In this document: positions 12,107-21,403 of the stretch, piece after piece
Layout of the letters: each line of letters begins with the position of its first letter
How positions within the stretch are numbered: position 1 is the first letter of the stretch
Sequence record: OR352938.1
Source of the DNA: Escherichia phage AV108
Direction: 5' to 3' (one strand)
DNA length: 64,000 nucleotides
The notes under the pieces: generated by a model
Databases searched by the model: none
Seen by the model: the letters and a program-made list of their open reading frames with translations, nothing else
Told to the model about the DNA's origin: nothing
Translations under genes and position numbers: made by a program

Positions 12107-13348
12107 ATGACTCATATTTTTACTGAACTGTTGCGGGAATCTACTTCCTCAGTAGCTAACCAGACAGCGCGACCGCAACTATTATCATTAACTCGCGCGG
12201 TAAACAACCTGATTTTCTCTGATCTGGTAGCAATCCAGCCAACGGATCAACCAGTATCCGCATTGTACGGCCTACGTTATCTTAATCATGATGGTCAGAT
12301 GACTTTCCGAACTTCTGCAACCTACGGTGGCGCGGTTGGTGATCGCACAGAGATTGAAGAGTTTTCAAAAGAAAAATCTTATGACGAAGGCGCACTATTC
12401 AAATCAGGCGATGTTGTATACGAAGTTGTGACCGCTGGTACAGTCGGTGAAGATGCCGCAACTCCAGAAGCTGCGATCTTTAAAGGCGTAATGACAAACA
12501 AAATTCGTTTCTATAGCGATTGTGCATCGGTAGAATACTTTGAAGATAAAAACACCGAAATTGCGTCTACCTCTATGCAGTTTGACAAGTGGCAAGTTAA
12601 TGTAGGTTCTCGTAAACTGAAAACCTCGTTCACCACTGAATTAATGCAGGATCTTGAGGCAAGCCAAATCAACTCTGAAAACTCTGTAATTGATCTTCTG
12701 GCTACTGTTGCTTCCGAAGAGATCAACAAAGATATTATTCAGAAGTTGATCACTGTATCATCTCGCTATAAAATTAAAGGGATCACCCCTGATGGCGTAC
12801 TTTCTCTCGTTAGCGTTCAGGATGCACCAACACAAGCGCGTGAACTTTACCGCTATGCTTGCGAGATGAGCAATCAAATGTTGCGGACTTCCTCCTTTGC
12901 TGGTACATACGTTTTGGCGTCTTCTCGCGTGGTTGGCCTCCTGCAATCTTCCGGTTGGATGGAAGAAACCGACAATGCTCTAAGCGAAGGTCGTCTGCGT
13001 TGCGGTCTGGAAGTGTACGCAGACACGACAACACCTTTCGATTATATGCTCGTTGGTTGTAAGCACATGATCGGTGATATGGAGAGTGTAGGTTCTCTGT
13101 TCTACTCCCCATATACAGAAGCCGACGGCGCTGGCGCGTATAAGAGCGTAATTGACCCTAATAGCTTCCAGCATCATGTAGCTATTATGAATCGTTATTC
13201 ACTCTCTGTCAACCCATACACATCAAAAGTTGATCAGGAAGAACACCAGGTCATCAAGGGTGACGATTGGGGTAAAATGGCTGGACGTTCAGAAATGTCC
13301 TACATTTTAGGAATCGAACTGCCACCGCTTGAGATTGACAACGCTTAA
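12107..13348 (+). CDS. 24: head vertex protein (T4 gp24-like, gp23 paralog)
   Basis: ORF track starts at TTG 12059; ATG at 12107 with AGGA RBS gives 413 aa beginning MTHIFTELLREST, resembling the T4 gp24 N-terminus. Confidence 0.85.
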   Translation: MTHIFTELLRESTSSVANQTARPQLLSLTRAVNNLIFSDLVAIQPTDQPVSALYGLRYLNHDGQMTFRTSATYGGAVGDRTEIEEFSKEKSYDEGALFKSGDVVYEVVTAGTVGEDAATPEAAIFKGVMTNKIRFYSDCASVEYFEDKNTEIASTSMQFDKWQVNVGSRKLKTSFTTELMQDLEASQINSENSVIDLLATVASEEINKDIIQKLITVSSRYKIKGITPDGVLSLVSVQDAPTQARELYRYACEMSNQMLRTSSFAGTYVLASSRVVGLLQSSGWMEETDNALSEGRLRCGLEVYADTTTPFDYMLVGCKHMIGDMESVGSLFYSPYTEADGAGAYKSVIDPNSFQHHVAIMNRYSLSVNPYTSKVDQEEHQVIKGDDWGKMAGRSEMSYILGIELPPLEIDNA

Positions 13349-13936
13349 CTAAATATCTAACCAAGACAAGTCAGATCCGCCCAAGATTTTTTCGACGGCG
13401 GATCTATTTTCTTGATGATATAAGTTAAAACATGGTATCCCATGTCTACGGGCAACATAAACAGCAATTCGAGTTCCTCCCGAAACGATTCCATTAACTT
13501 CTTTCGCCCAGAATATCACACAATCTACAGGATCATCAAGTGTCTCACCTAAGACTTGAGCAACATTTCTAGAAAACAGATTTTGCATGTATAACGGTAT
13601 AGAACGAGGATTATCATAAACGTGTTCTAATTCATCCATCGCCAGATTTTTTTGTTCTAAGGTTTGCCATGCAATCACATCATGACCGTTATGCTTGTGG
13701 TCATAAAACTTCCAATTTGGAATGAAAATTTTTCTATAATCTGGATCGTAATACTTCATGAAAGCATTGTCCATACCGTAAGCCCCTCCAGAATGCGCTA
13801 CAACGCGATTTTCTGACAATACCCTCCCAATGGTACTAGCCATTATCAAAATGTCGCTAGGCGCTTTTCTAGAGCCGATTAAAGCACATCTACGAAGTGG
13901 TTTTACTCCAAATAGATCTTGTAACTGGTCAAACAT
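13349..13936 (-). CDS. SLOG/DprA-like Rossmann-fold protein (putative)
   Basis: 195 aa; GSRKAP...SGGAYGMD and ...VSGGTRIAVYVARRHGIPCF resemble DprA/Smf-LOG motifs; occupies the T4 rnlB position. Confidence 0.45.
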   Translation of the reverse strand: MFDQLQDLFGVKPLRRCALIGSRKAPSDILIMASTIGRVLSENRVVAHSGGAYGMDNAFMKYYDPDYRKIFIPNWKFYDHKHNGHDVIAWQTLEQKNLAMDELEHVYDNPRSIPLYMQNLFSRNVAQVLGETLDDPVDCVIFWAKEVNGIVSGGTRIAVYVARRHGIPCFNLYHQENRSAVEKILGGSDLSWLDI

Positions 13937-14090
13937 AATATTTCCTCCATAGAAAGCAATATCATACTACAAGTTAATAACAAATACAAGTATCCGCGTA
14001 GCGGAAGCGAGCACAGCGAGCAATAAAAACACTTCCAGTAATTGATTAATAAATGTTCGAAACAAATTTTTATTATTCTATAAGATAAGT

Positions 14091-14115
14091 CTTCGTTTTG
14101 ATCATAATTTAATCA
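14091..14115. repeat. direct repeat copy 1 (CTTCGTTTTGATCATAATTTAATCA)
   Basis: 25-bp exact repeat in the 414-bp non-coding region; second copy at 14240-14264; contains GATC. Confidence 0.8.
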
Positions 14116-14239
14116 TACATGTAAAAACTACACAAAAGGATATCGCTTCGCGAACTCCTACGGAGTATAACATTTGTGTTACAATATGTAGTGATTAATA
14201 ATTAACCAAAGATACATTTTCTATGTTCTAAAGATCTTT

Positions 14240-14264
14240 CTTCGTTTTGATCATAATTTAATCA
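14240..14264. repeat. direct repeat copy 2 (CTTCGTTTTGATCATAATTTAATCA)
   Basis: Identical to 14091-14115; flanks also similar. Confidence 0.8.
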
Positions 14265-14318
14265 AACAGTATTAATATTGTGCACATGTAAACTAAAATT
14301 ATGTTAATAACAGATACA

Positions 14319-14343
14319 AAAAAGCCGCCCCAAAGGACGGCTA
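14319..14343 (-). terminator. rho-independent terminator (minus strand)
   Basis: Minus-strand RNA forms AGCCGUCC / GGGCGGCU stem followed by U6; lies after the 14351-14788 gene stop. Confidence 0.6.
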
Positions 14344-14350
14344 ATGTTAA

Positions 14351-14788
14351 TTATTTGTTGATAACGATCTGATTTCGGCGAATGGTAACATTACTCTTAG
14401 AGATGATCAGATCATCCGGCACTACGTTAGTTTTGTATGGTTGGAAGCGAACAAGCATCTGATTGCGTTTAGACCCTTCCTTAATCTTGATTTCCATCTG
14501 GATATTGTTGCCCACGTGAGCAACCGCAATTTCACCTTTATTCTCATAGACCCACTTGCTGGTAACGTCTCCAGCAAAAGCCTTAATAACTTGCAATGCT
14601 TCGTCGTATGCGGTAGAGCTGTGAACTTTCAGAAGGCCAGCCGTAGCAAGACGTGAGCAGGTGATCGCCGGAGATTGCCAAACATCAACATTAATTTGCT
14701 CAATCAGAGTAACACCGCCCTGATCAACTGCTTTGAATGCTTCGAACATTGCCTTTTTCATTGCTACGTGGTTTTTACGGAATTTCAT
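14351..14788 (-). CDS. hypothetical protein (145 aa)
   Basis: ORF with ATG start; no recognised motif. Confidence 0.55.
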   Translation of the reverse strand: MKFRKNHVAMKKAMFEAFKAVDQGGVTLIEQINVDVWQSPAITCSRLATAGLLKVHSSTAYDEALQVIKAFAGDVTSKWVYENKGEIAVAHVGNNIQMEIKIKEGSKRNQMLVRFQPYKTNVVPDDLIISKSNVTIRRNQIVINK

Positions 14789-14834
14789 AATTAGTCACCT
14801 CTATTGATTAGTTATTCAGAATATTAATTACAAA

Positions 14835-15218
14835 TCAGGACATTGCCCGTTTGAATGCGTCCATTATAACAGTGTTATTTGGCTTGTCAACACGTTTTTG
14901 GACTTTATTTTTAATTTTTTTGTTGATGTGGTGTTTACGATAAACAACCTTTTCACGGTTGGCGTAAGCCTCGCGTGCGTCTTTTACCATCAACCATGCC
15001 TTAGCCGCATCTTGTCCGCTGATCCCGCCAATCTTCTTAGCAATATCAACAAAATTAAGACCGTGGTCTTCGCGTAGCATGTAAACCATTAACGCTGTTT
15101 TCTTGTCCATCACTTCGCCCCATTGACGATTAACAGGATAGTGATCAGCACCGGAAACTGGATCATTATAGTGCCAATAAACCGGATAAATGCATTTTCT
15201 GACTTCCACACATGACAT
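14835..15218 (-). CDS. hypothetical protein with possible HTH (127 aa)
   Basis: ORF with ATG start; helix-turn-helix-like stretch and basic C-terminus; own sigma70-like promoter upstream. Confidence 0.5.
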   Translation of the reverse strand: MSCVEVRKCIYPVYWHYNDPVSGADHYPVNRQWGEVMDKKTALMVYMLREDHGLNFVDIAKKIGGISGQDAAKAWLMVKDAREAYANREKVVYRKHHINKKIKNKVQKRVDKPNNTVIMDAFKRAMS

Positions 15219-15434
15219 GCGACTAGCTGATAGACCATTGTTGAAACCAGAACTAGGATATAAACCGAAAGCGGTGTAACTTCGATTAGTCGGGAAATCT
15301 CATTCATATTTCACCTCATACATTCATAAACACAACAACGAATAATACAGTAACAGTTATCAACGCCATTTTCAACCCCATATTCATAATATTTTCTTCG
15401 CCTCACTATGGACAGTAGCATGTCGATGCGTGCC

Positions 15435-15462
15435 ATTATAGGCATCTAAATCGCTCTGTCAA
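15435..15462 (-). promoter_or_regulatory. sigma70-like early promoter (TTGACA-16-TATAAT)
   Basis: Minus-strand reading gives TTGACA, 16-nt spacer, TATAAT, upstream of the 14835-15218 gene. Confidence 0.55.
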
Positions 15463-15465
15463 GCA

Positions 15466-15498
15466 CAAAAACAAAAAAAGCCACCCCGAAGGATGGCT
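15466..15498 (-). terminator. rho-independent terminator after hoc
   Basis: Minus-strand hairpin AGCCAUCC-UUCG-GGGUGGCU followed by a U-run. Confidence 0.65.
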
Positions 15499-15509
15499 GA
15501 TAGATTTCA

Positions 15510-16724
15510 TTAAGCAGGATGCGTTTCACGAATGCGTAGAACTCGCTCTAACGTCTCTCGGTCCAGTTTATGTAACTCTTTGGAATGATACATGAAACCA
15601 TTGCGAGATTCCATGCAAGTGCAATCACTATATTTTTCTTCCGCTGCCGCGATTGTCTCCAGATCTTTGGCGTACTTGCTGGTTGAATAAACTTCTCGAT
15701 CACGCCACTCTAACCCAGCCTCATTGAATTTAACAATCTCGTCAAATACCCACCATCCAATGTAGATAAATGAAGTTTTGCGCCACGGGATCGGGTGTAC
15801 GTAACGAAACATTTTAACAACTTCCATTGAACATTTTCGGCTTGTACTTGTTGCAACTTCTACTGTTTCATCTTCGATCTGTTGATATAGTTTAGCAACA
15901 CACCAGAATTTGGCTGTGTCATCGTAAGTAGCACTCTCTTTGAACAGATGACCGTCTGGCATGATAGAAAATCCTTCCAGTGCTTCGCCGACCTCACTAC
16001 CGATTAGAGTCGGTGACGGTTGCCCTTCGCGCTGCAAATACCAGTTATATTTGATCGTCAAATTAGGCATACCGCTAGAATCGCCTACAATGTCCTCTGA
16101 CACAACATAATTAAGTGATATCTCATTACCTAGTGCCACGGTCTTTGATTCCACCACATCCTGATCTACGTTCATTGTTGCCAGCATGATTTTAGTCGAT
16201 GCGCTAGCGGCTGAATTTTCCGACTCACCCCACACTTTTACAGTATACACGCCGTTTTTATCTGCTGTAAATTTTTGGATTGTAATATTCTGTTTTGTGT
16301 CTATAACTTCTTCGCCCTTACTCCAACTATAATGTAGTTCATAGTCGTCTGCTGGAGTCTTCCCACCCGAAAATTTTACTGTTGCATGTAATTCTACGTC
16401 TTTTTGTGATGATACGTAAAAATGCTGCGGTTCGGTGATATTTACGATTAATTCAGCTTCTTCCATGAGGAAAACGTCAGATTCTACTGATTCCATCGTA
16501 TCAGTATCTTGTACCGTTACTTTATAGCTACCCGCATTTTCACTTGTTGCACCTACTACAGATAGCGTAGCTGTGCTATTTTCATGCGGTTGGTCGTCTT
16601 TTGTCCATGTATATGTCAAATTGCTGGGTAATGGTTCGTCACCCGCTACAGTCGCCGTTAAGGTGAAACCATCTCCAGCAAGAAAACATCTTTTGTTAGA
16701 TTGTATTGATACTGTGAAAGCCAT
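15510..16724 (-). CDS. hoc: Hoc-like outer capsid protein with Ig-like repeats
   Basis: 404 aa; N-terminal tandem Ig-like segments (repeated T.T/Y.W/G.Y.V patterns) and distinct C-terminal domain; T4 hoc position. Confidence 0.7.
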   Translation of the reverse strand: MAFTVSIQSNKRCFLAGDGFTLTATVAGDEPLPSNLTYTWTKDDQPHENSTATLSVVGATSENAGSYKVTVQDTDTMESVESDVFLMEEAELIVNITEPQHFYVSSQKDVELHATVKFSGGKTPADDYELHYSWSKGEEVIDTKQNITIQKFTADKNGVYTVKVWGESENSAASASTKIMLATMNVDQDVVESKTVALGNEISLNYVVSEDIVGDSSGMPNLTIKYNWYLQREGQPSPTLIGSEVGEALEGFSIMPDGHLFKESATYDDTAKFWCVAKLYQQIEDETVEVATSTSRKCSMEVVKMFRYVHPIPWRKTSFIYIGWWVFDEIVKFNEAGLEWRDREVYSTSKYAKDLETIAAAEEKYSDCTCMESRNGFMYHSKELHKLDRETLERVLRIRETHPA

Positions 16725-16989
16725 ATAAAGCCACTCCCATCGAAAATCCGAATTTAATTAATTGAAATAGTTGATTGTCATCAACCAGATAACCATTGCG
16801 AGATTCCAATACATGAGTATTAGAATAGTGATGCAACGAGGCCGAAATAGTATCGATCTCGTCTGGGTATTTGTTCTGTTTGATGTAATACATTGATTTT
16901 GTTAGACATGTAGTATCCTCTTTTTAATTGCATAACGGAACTACAATTAAAATTATAACAAATATTTCACAACTTTTATCACCCAAAAA

Positions 16990-17715
16990 TTACTTGAGTG
17001 TGTGGAATTGGCTATGTTTAGTCTCTCGCACCTTGACAGACCCATCGCGTTTGATATAATAGATCAGTGACTTGAGGGTGTCGTGTACATACGCGTGCGG
17101 GAAACGCTCTGGATACTTCTTCCAATCTGGAGTATTAACGATCCAGTCGAAAATCCACCACGGGCAGGAGTAGTAACCACGACCGCCACCGATCAAGCAA
17201 ATGGTCGGACGGAAGCCAGTAAGATCGCAAAATGAATCAGTGTCATGTGCTGGGGAACGATGCTCTGCTTCGTTAGAGAAAATGTTGGCTACCGGAGATT
17301 CCACTTTAACTTCCGGTGCTTCTTCAACATCTGACTTAACTTCTTCGACCACTGGTTCAACTGCTGGAGATTCTTCTTTTGTTTCTTCAATGACGATCTC
17401 AGGTTCTTTCATTGCTTCAACCAGAGACGGATCAACTTCGTCGAATACTACTTTATCATCTGCGGTGTCTGCTGCCAGAATAAGATCGTTAATACTGGTT
17501 CCTTCTGCCGGAGTTTCTTCTTCCATTTCGGAAGCCAGTTTAGTTAATTCTGTTTCTACGAACTCGATCATGTTCTCTAGCGAGAGCGTCTTTTTGACCT
17601 TTATATCAAATTGTTTTGCGTAGTCCGCTAATTCTGTTTTAGCGGCTTTCTGTGATTCTTTGTCGTCGGACGCCGCAATAGCGCGGAGTTCTTCGAAATA
17701 TTCTTTATCAAACAT
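16990..17715 (-). CDS. hypothetical acidic protein at the T4 inh position (possible Inh-like)
   Basis: 241 aa with long Glu/Pro/Val-rich acidic linker and Cys/Trp-rich C-terminal domain; function assigned from synteny only. Confidence 0.35.
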   Translation of the reverse strand: MFDKEYFEELRAIAASDDKESQKAAKTELADYAKQFDIKVKKTLSLENMIEFVETELTKLASEMEEETPAEGTSINDLILAADTADDKVVFDEVDPSLVEAMKEPEIVIEETKEESPAVEPVVEEVKSDVEEAPEVKVESPVANIFSNEAEHRSPAHDTDSFCDLTGFRPTICLIGGGRGYYSCPWWIFDWIVNTPDWKKYPERFPHAYVHDTLKSLIYYIKRDGSVKVRETKHSQFHTLK

Positions 17716-17741
17716 GTTATTCTCCTGATTGGGGGTGTTTG

Positions 17742-17749
17742 TATAAATA
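17742..17749 (+). promoter_or_regulatory. T4-type late promoter (TATAAATA)
   Basis: Exact TATAAATA 39 nt upstream of the GIY-YIG gene ATG. Confidence 0.45.
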
Positions 17750-17787
17750 TTTGTATACTGTATTTATTGCATACGGAGATTTTTACT

Positions 17788-18519
17788 ATGGCTAAAAGAT
17801 TTCATTATGTTTATGAGATAAAGAATCTTGTAAACGGCAAACTGTATATAGGTAAACATTCTACTAACAATATGCATGATGGATATATGGGGTCTGGTGA
17901 CCTTCTTCGTGCTGCATTTGAAAAATATGGCATTGAGAACTTCGAGAAGCGCATATTAAAAATGTTTGATACCGAGCAAGATGCTTACCTATACGAAAAA
18001 GAACTTGTCACTGTTGACATTGTAAAAGATCCCAATTATTATAATGTAGTTACTGGCGGTCGTTATGACGGAGACCAAGTATACTCAGACTCTGTACGCG
18101 CTAAAATGTCTTCTTCTGCCAAAGAGCGCGTAGAACGTGATATGAAAACTGGAAAACTAAAAAAAGCCATAGTAGGTATGCGAGAGAGTGTTTCCGGTAG
18201 CTCATGGTACAATGACGGTGTTAAATCTATACGAGTTCGAGATGGAGAAACTCCACCTGACGGATTCGTCAAGGGTAATTTACATGCTGGATGGGACCAT
18301 ATAGAATGGACGGAGGAACGCAAAGCCGCTAACAGGGAAATGTGTCTAAGACAAGTCCAAAAGGATCGTGAGTCCGGTGCTCTCGCCGAGCGTGTAGCAA
18401 GGCTTAACGATTTTCATACTGGCAGTAAGTGGTATAACAACGGGGTAGTTAATAAGGTCGTGAAACGCGGCGATACCCCTCCTGATGGTTTTGTTCTTGG
18501 AAAACTTGTTAAAAGGTGA
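17788..18519 (+). CDS. GIY-YIG homing endonuclease (Seg-like)
   Basis: N-terminal FHYVYEIKNLVNGKLYIGKHS (GIY-YIG motif); occupies T4 segE position; ATG 17788 with GGAG RBS (track start is TTG). Confidence 0.75.
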   Translation: MAKRFHYVYEIKNLVNGKLYIGKHSTNNMHDGYMGSGDLLRAAFEKYGIENFEKRILKMFDTEQDAYLYEKELVTVDIVKDPNYYNVVTGGRYDGDQVYSDSVRAKMSSSAKERVERDMKTGKLKKAIVGMRESVSGSSWYNDGVKSIRVRDGETPPDGFVKGNLHAGWDHIEWTEERKAANREMCLRQVQKDRESGALAERVARLNDFHTGSKWYNNGVVNKVVKRGDTPPDGFVLGKLVKR

Positions 18520-18523
18520 TGTG

Positions 18524-20026
18524 ATGCAAGATATTCATGTGCATTTTATGAATTATAGTTTTGTTAAAATTGAATGTTCTGATTCAATATCTATGGAATT
18601 ACGAGACTATTTTTCTTTTGAGATTGAAGGTGCAAGATTTAATCCTCGTTATCGCTACGGGCAATGGGATGGGCGAATCCGGCTATTTACCTATGAAAAC
18701 ACTCTTCCTATCGGGCTGATCAAAACTTTGGGTATCTTTGCTAAGAATATGAGCTATTCTGTTTGGATTGATCCCCGTCTTCTGGAAAAGGAGAAAATCA
18801 CTAAAGAAGACATTGACAGTTGGATCGGTTCGTTGGAGATATATTCAGGCGCTAATAAGATCACCCCTCACTGGTATCAAAGTGAAGCCGTATTTCAGGG
18901 TATACACAATCGTCGTAGAATGTTAGTTTTGCCTACTTCTGCTGGTAAAAGTCTTATTGCTTGTTTATTATCTCGATGGTATCTGGAAAACTACGAGGGA
19001 AAGGTGCTAATCATTGTTCCAACTACTTCTCTTGTTCTCCAGATGCGTGATGACTTTATTGATTATAGACTATTCCCTTTTGAGGCTATCCATACAATGA
19101 TGAGTGGTAGCCAAAAACATCCAGGGGAACGCTTGATCACTGTTTCAACTTGGCAATCTGCGTGTAAGATGCCTAAAGAGTGGTTCCAGCAATACGGAAT
19201 GGTTATTGTCGATGAATGTCACAAAGCCACTGCTAAAAACCTTCAAAATATTGTAAATGATATGACTCATTGCCAATTTAAGATTGGTATGACTGGTTCA
19301 CCTCGTGACGGTAAGTGTAATGCTTTACAATATGTTGGATTATTTGGCGATATATCTAGGATCGTAAGTATTGATCGTCTTATGGATGAAGGACAAGTTA
19401 CAAAACTGAAAATCAACTGTCTATTCCTAAAATATACTGACGATGAATGCGCGTCGATTAGGGGGAAAGAATACGCGGAAGAGATCAAATATATAACTTC
19501 ACACGGTAGACGGAATAAGTTTGTGTGTAATTTGGCACTAAAACTAGCTAAGAAGAACGAAAACGTCTTTTTAATGTTTCGCAACACCAAACACGGAAAA
19601 ATGATGTGTGAAGCCTTACAGAAGGTTTATGATAAGGTTTATTACATTGATGGTGGTGTTAAAACTACAGAAAGGGATGAATTTAAAAAGATGGCAGAAG
19701 GAGAGACCGGGATCATTTGCGTCGCCTCATACGGCGTTTTCTCTACTGGCGTTTCTATCAAGAACTTACACCATGTAATTTTCGGTCATCCTGTCAAAGA
19801 GTCTACTATTGTTCGTCAAAGTATTGGTCGTGCATTGCGTAAGCATGGTTCTAAGGATATTGCTTATGTATGGGATATTATTGATTTGTTGGGTATAAAG
19901 ACAAAGAGTAAGACCGCTAAGAAGCAATATAGTCATCTCAATTACGCAACTAAGCACGGCCTAGAAAGGGTTCGAGTGTACAACGAAGATAAATTTGATT
20001 ATTCAACCAAAACAATCGAAATTTAA
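18524..20026 (+). CDS. uvsW: UvsW DNA/RNA helicase
   Basis: Collinear with T4 UvsW as recalled (PHWYQ, LPTSAGKS Walker A, DECH, GVFSTG.S.KNLHHV); ATG 18524 after AAAGGTGA RBS. Confidence 0.92.
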   Translation: MQDIHVHFMNYSFVKIECSDSISMELRDYFSFEIEGARFNPRYRYGQWDGRIRLFTYENTLPIGLIKTLGIFAKNMSYSVWIDPRLLEKEKITKEDIDSWIGSLEIYSGANKITPHWYQSEAVFQGIHNRRRMLVLPTSAGKSLIACLLSRWYLENYEGKVLIIVPTTSLVLQMRDDFIDYRLFPFEAIHTMMSGSQKHPGERLITVSTWQSACKMPKEWFQQYGMVIVDECHKATAKNLQNIVNDMTHCQFKIGMTGSPRDGKCNALQYVGLFGDISRIVSIDRLMDEGQVTKLKINCLFLKYTDDECASIRGKEYAEEIKYITSHGRRNKFVCNLALKLAKKNENVFLMFRNTKHGKMMCEALQKVYDKVYYIDGGVKTTERDEFKKMAEGETGIICVASYGVFSTGVSIKNLHHVIFGHPVKESTIVRQSIGRALRKHGSKDIAYVWDIIDLLGIKTKSKTAKKQYSHLNYATKHGLERVRVYNEDKFDYSTKTIEI

Positions 20027-20031
20027 TAAAT

Positions 20032-20055
20032 AGGGGCTATATGCCCCTTATTTTT
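20032..20055 (+). terminator. rho-independent terminator after uvsW
   Basis: AGGGGC-TATAT-GCCCCT hairpin followed by TATTTTT. Confidence 0.7.
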
Positions 20056-20068
20056 ACGGAGATTAAAA

Positions 20069-20305
20069 ATGATTAGTTTTAAACGATTCTTAGCCGAAGC
20101 CGTTATTGATGGTTTCATGAATAAAATCTATTCTTGTAATACTATGGAAGGTTTGGACGAGCTTGAAAAATATTATGAAAAGCGCAAGAAAGAGACCGAT
20201 CTCAAACCGTCGGATGATATCTCTATTCGTGATGCAATAGCAGGTCGGAGAAAACAGTTGGAGAGTGAAAACAAGCCGGGGGAGGAGCCGGAAGAGGATT
20301 TTTAA
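20069..20305 (+). CDS. uvsW.1: UvsW.1-like small protein
   Basis: 78-aa ORF directly after uvsW, as in T4. Confidence 0.65.
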   Translation: MISFKRFLAEAVIDGFMNKIYSCNTMEGLDELEKYYEKRKKETDLKPSDDISIRDAIAGRRKQLESENKPGEEPEEDF

Positions 20306-20326
20306 TAAATCAGCTGATACAAAAAA

Positions 20327-20345
20327 GCCCCATCATTGATGGGGC
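20327..20345. terminator. hairpin GCCCCATCA-T-TGATGGGGC between convergent genes
   Basis: Perfect 9-bp stem flanked by A-run (5') and short A-run (3'); likely terminates minus-strand transcription. Confidence 0.6.
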
Positions 20346-20383
20346 AAAATAAACCAATTAAAATCGGTTATCAACAAATTCCT

Positions 20384-20557
20384 TTAGAGAATCAAAGTAG
20401 TTTCTACCAGTTGTTCTTGTTCTTCTGCACTTGATTCGCTCAAATGATTCCGGTTTGCAAATTCTTCGCAATATCCCGGATGAACAACATGATTTTCGAT
20501 TTTAACAGCCAACGCCATTTCGACTGGCTGTTTACATACAGCACAAATACAAGTCAT
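20384..20557 (-). CDS. hypothetical small Cys-containing protein (57 aa; uvsY.-2 position)
   Basis: ORF below track cutoff; strong RBS AGGAGGAAGGA 5-8 nt upstream of ATG. Confidence 0.45.
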   Translation of the reverse strand: MTCICAVCKQPVEMALAVKIENHVVHPGYCEEFANRNHLSESSAEEQEQLVETTLIL

Positions 20558-20586
20558 AAATCCTTCCTCCTGCTATATTTAGTGTC

Positions 20587-20994
20587 TTACTTTCCAGATT
20601 CCAGCATACGCAACTCTATAGCATTCTTGATCGCGAATCCTCGTGATTTGATTATATCAAGAGCCTTGCCAGCAAAATCCATAACCATTTGATAATAAGA
20701 AATTTTTGTATCCAATGGTAGGATATCATCATCTGCCGCCATTACAACTTTCAACTCTGATGTTGCGTACTCAACTCTACACCACTCATCACTGCGATTA
20801 GTGTAAAAGTCAAGTTTATTTTTTGTGGCTTTCTTTTTCTTTGCTTCCAGCGCAATGATCTCGCGCTTTGCTTCACTATACACACGAAGCCATTTAGAGT
20901 AAACTACAGGGTTATTAAGTGCTTCCCATTGTAGCTTTGTTGCGTCGATCTTGACGTCAGCGTCAAGCTGGTCTTTAAGTTCATTCAGATCCAT
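20587..20994 (-). CDS. uvsY: UvsY recombination mediator
   Basis: Collinear with T4 UvsY as recalled (KLQ.EA.NN...YSKWL, IKSRGFAIK..ESGK); ATG at 20994 with GAGGTG RBS. Confidence 0.88.
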   Translation of the reverse strand: MDLNELKDQLDADVKIDATKLQWEALNNPVVYSKWLRVYSEAKREIIALEAKKKKATKNKLDFYTNRSDEWCRVEYATSELKVVMAADDDILPLDTKISYYQMVMDFAGKALDIIKSRGFAIKNAIELRMLESGK

Positions 20995-21009
20995 AATAAA
21001 ACACCTCAA

Positions 21010-21396
21010 TCATTTAGACAATCTAACTCTAAGTTGTTCTAACTCATCTGGATTGTCTATAACAGAAAAATAAACCGTTACGATAATCGAGTTCTCATCA
21101 TACTGCGGAGTGACGTCTACGTCAAGCCTTTTTACTCGTGGTTCGTAGTTTCTTATCGATTCGGTGATGTTCTTAGACAAGGTATCCACGGTCAATGGGT
21201 TGATGTTTTCGAATAGTGCGCGGTTTAGATCGCATCCAAAGTTCGGATCAAATGGGCGAGATCCCTTAGCCGTGGTTATGATCAGCAATATGGAATCTTT
21301 AACCGCTTTAATCCCTGTATTCTTTTTAATATCGTTGTTCCATGCTCGCTTAAACTCTAGGTTTAAGTCAGTGTACATCTGGTTAACTGTTGTCAT
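21010..21396 (-). CDS. 25: baseplate wedge protein (T4 gp25-like)
   Basis: 128-aa ORF; size and synteny next to uvsY and 26. Confidence 0.85.
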   Translation of the reverse strand: MTTVNQMYTDLNLEFKRAWNNDIKKNTGIKAVKDSILLIITTAKGSRPFDPNFGCDLNRALFENINPLTVDTLSKNITESIRNYEPRVKRLDVDVTPQYDENSIIVTVYFSVIDNPDELEQLRVRLSK

Positions 21397-21403
21397 AACT
21401 ACC

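Noticed and set aside
13937-14350. tRNA or other structured RNA gene in the non-coding island
   Set aside because: I could not identify a cloverleaf with conserved T-loop or anticodon-arm features by eye; the region is AT-rich repeat sequence. Left as an open possibility in the findings.
16696-16893. 65-aa ORF upstream of hoc
   Set aside because: Overlaps the hoc start by 28 nt with no clear RBS; insufficient evidence for a gene call.
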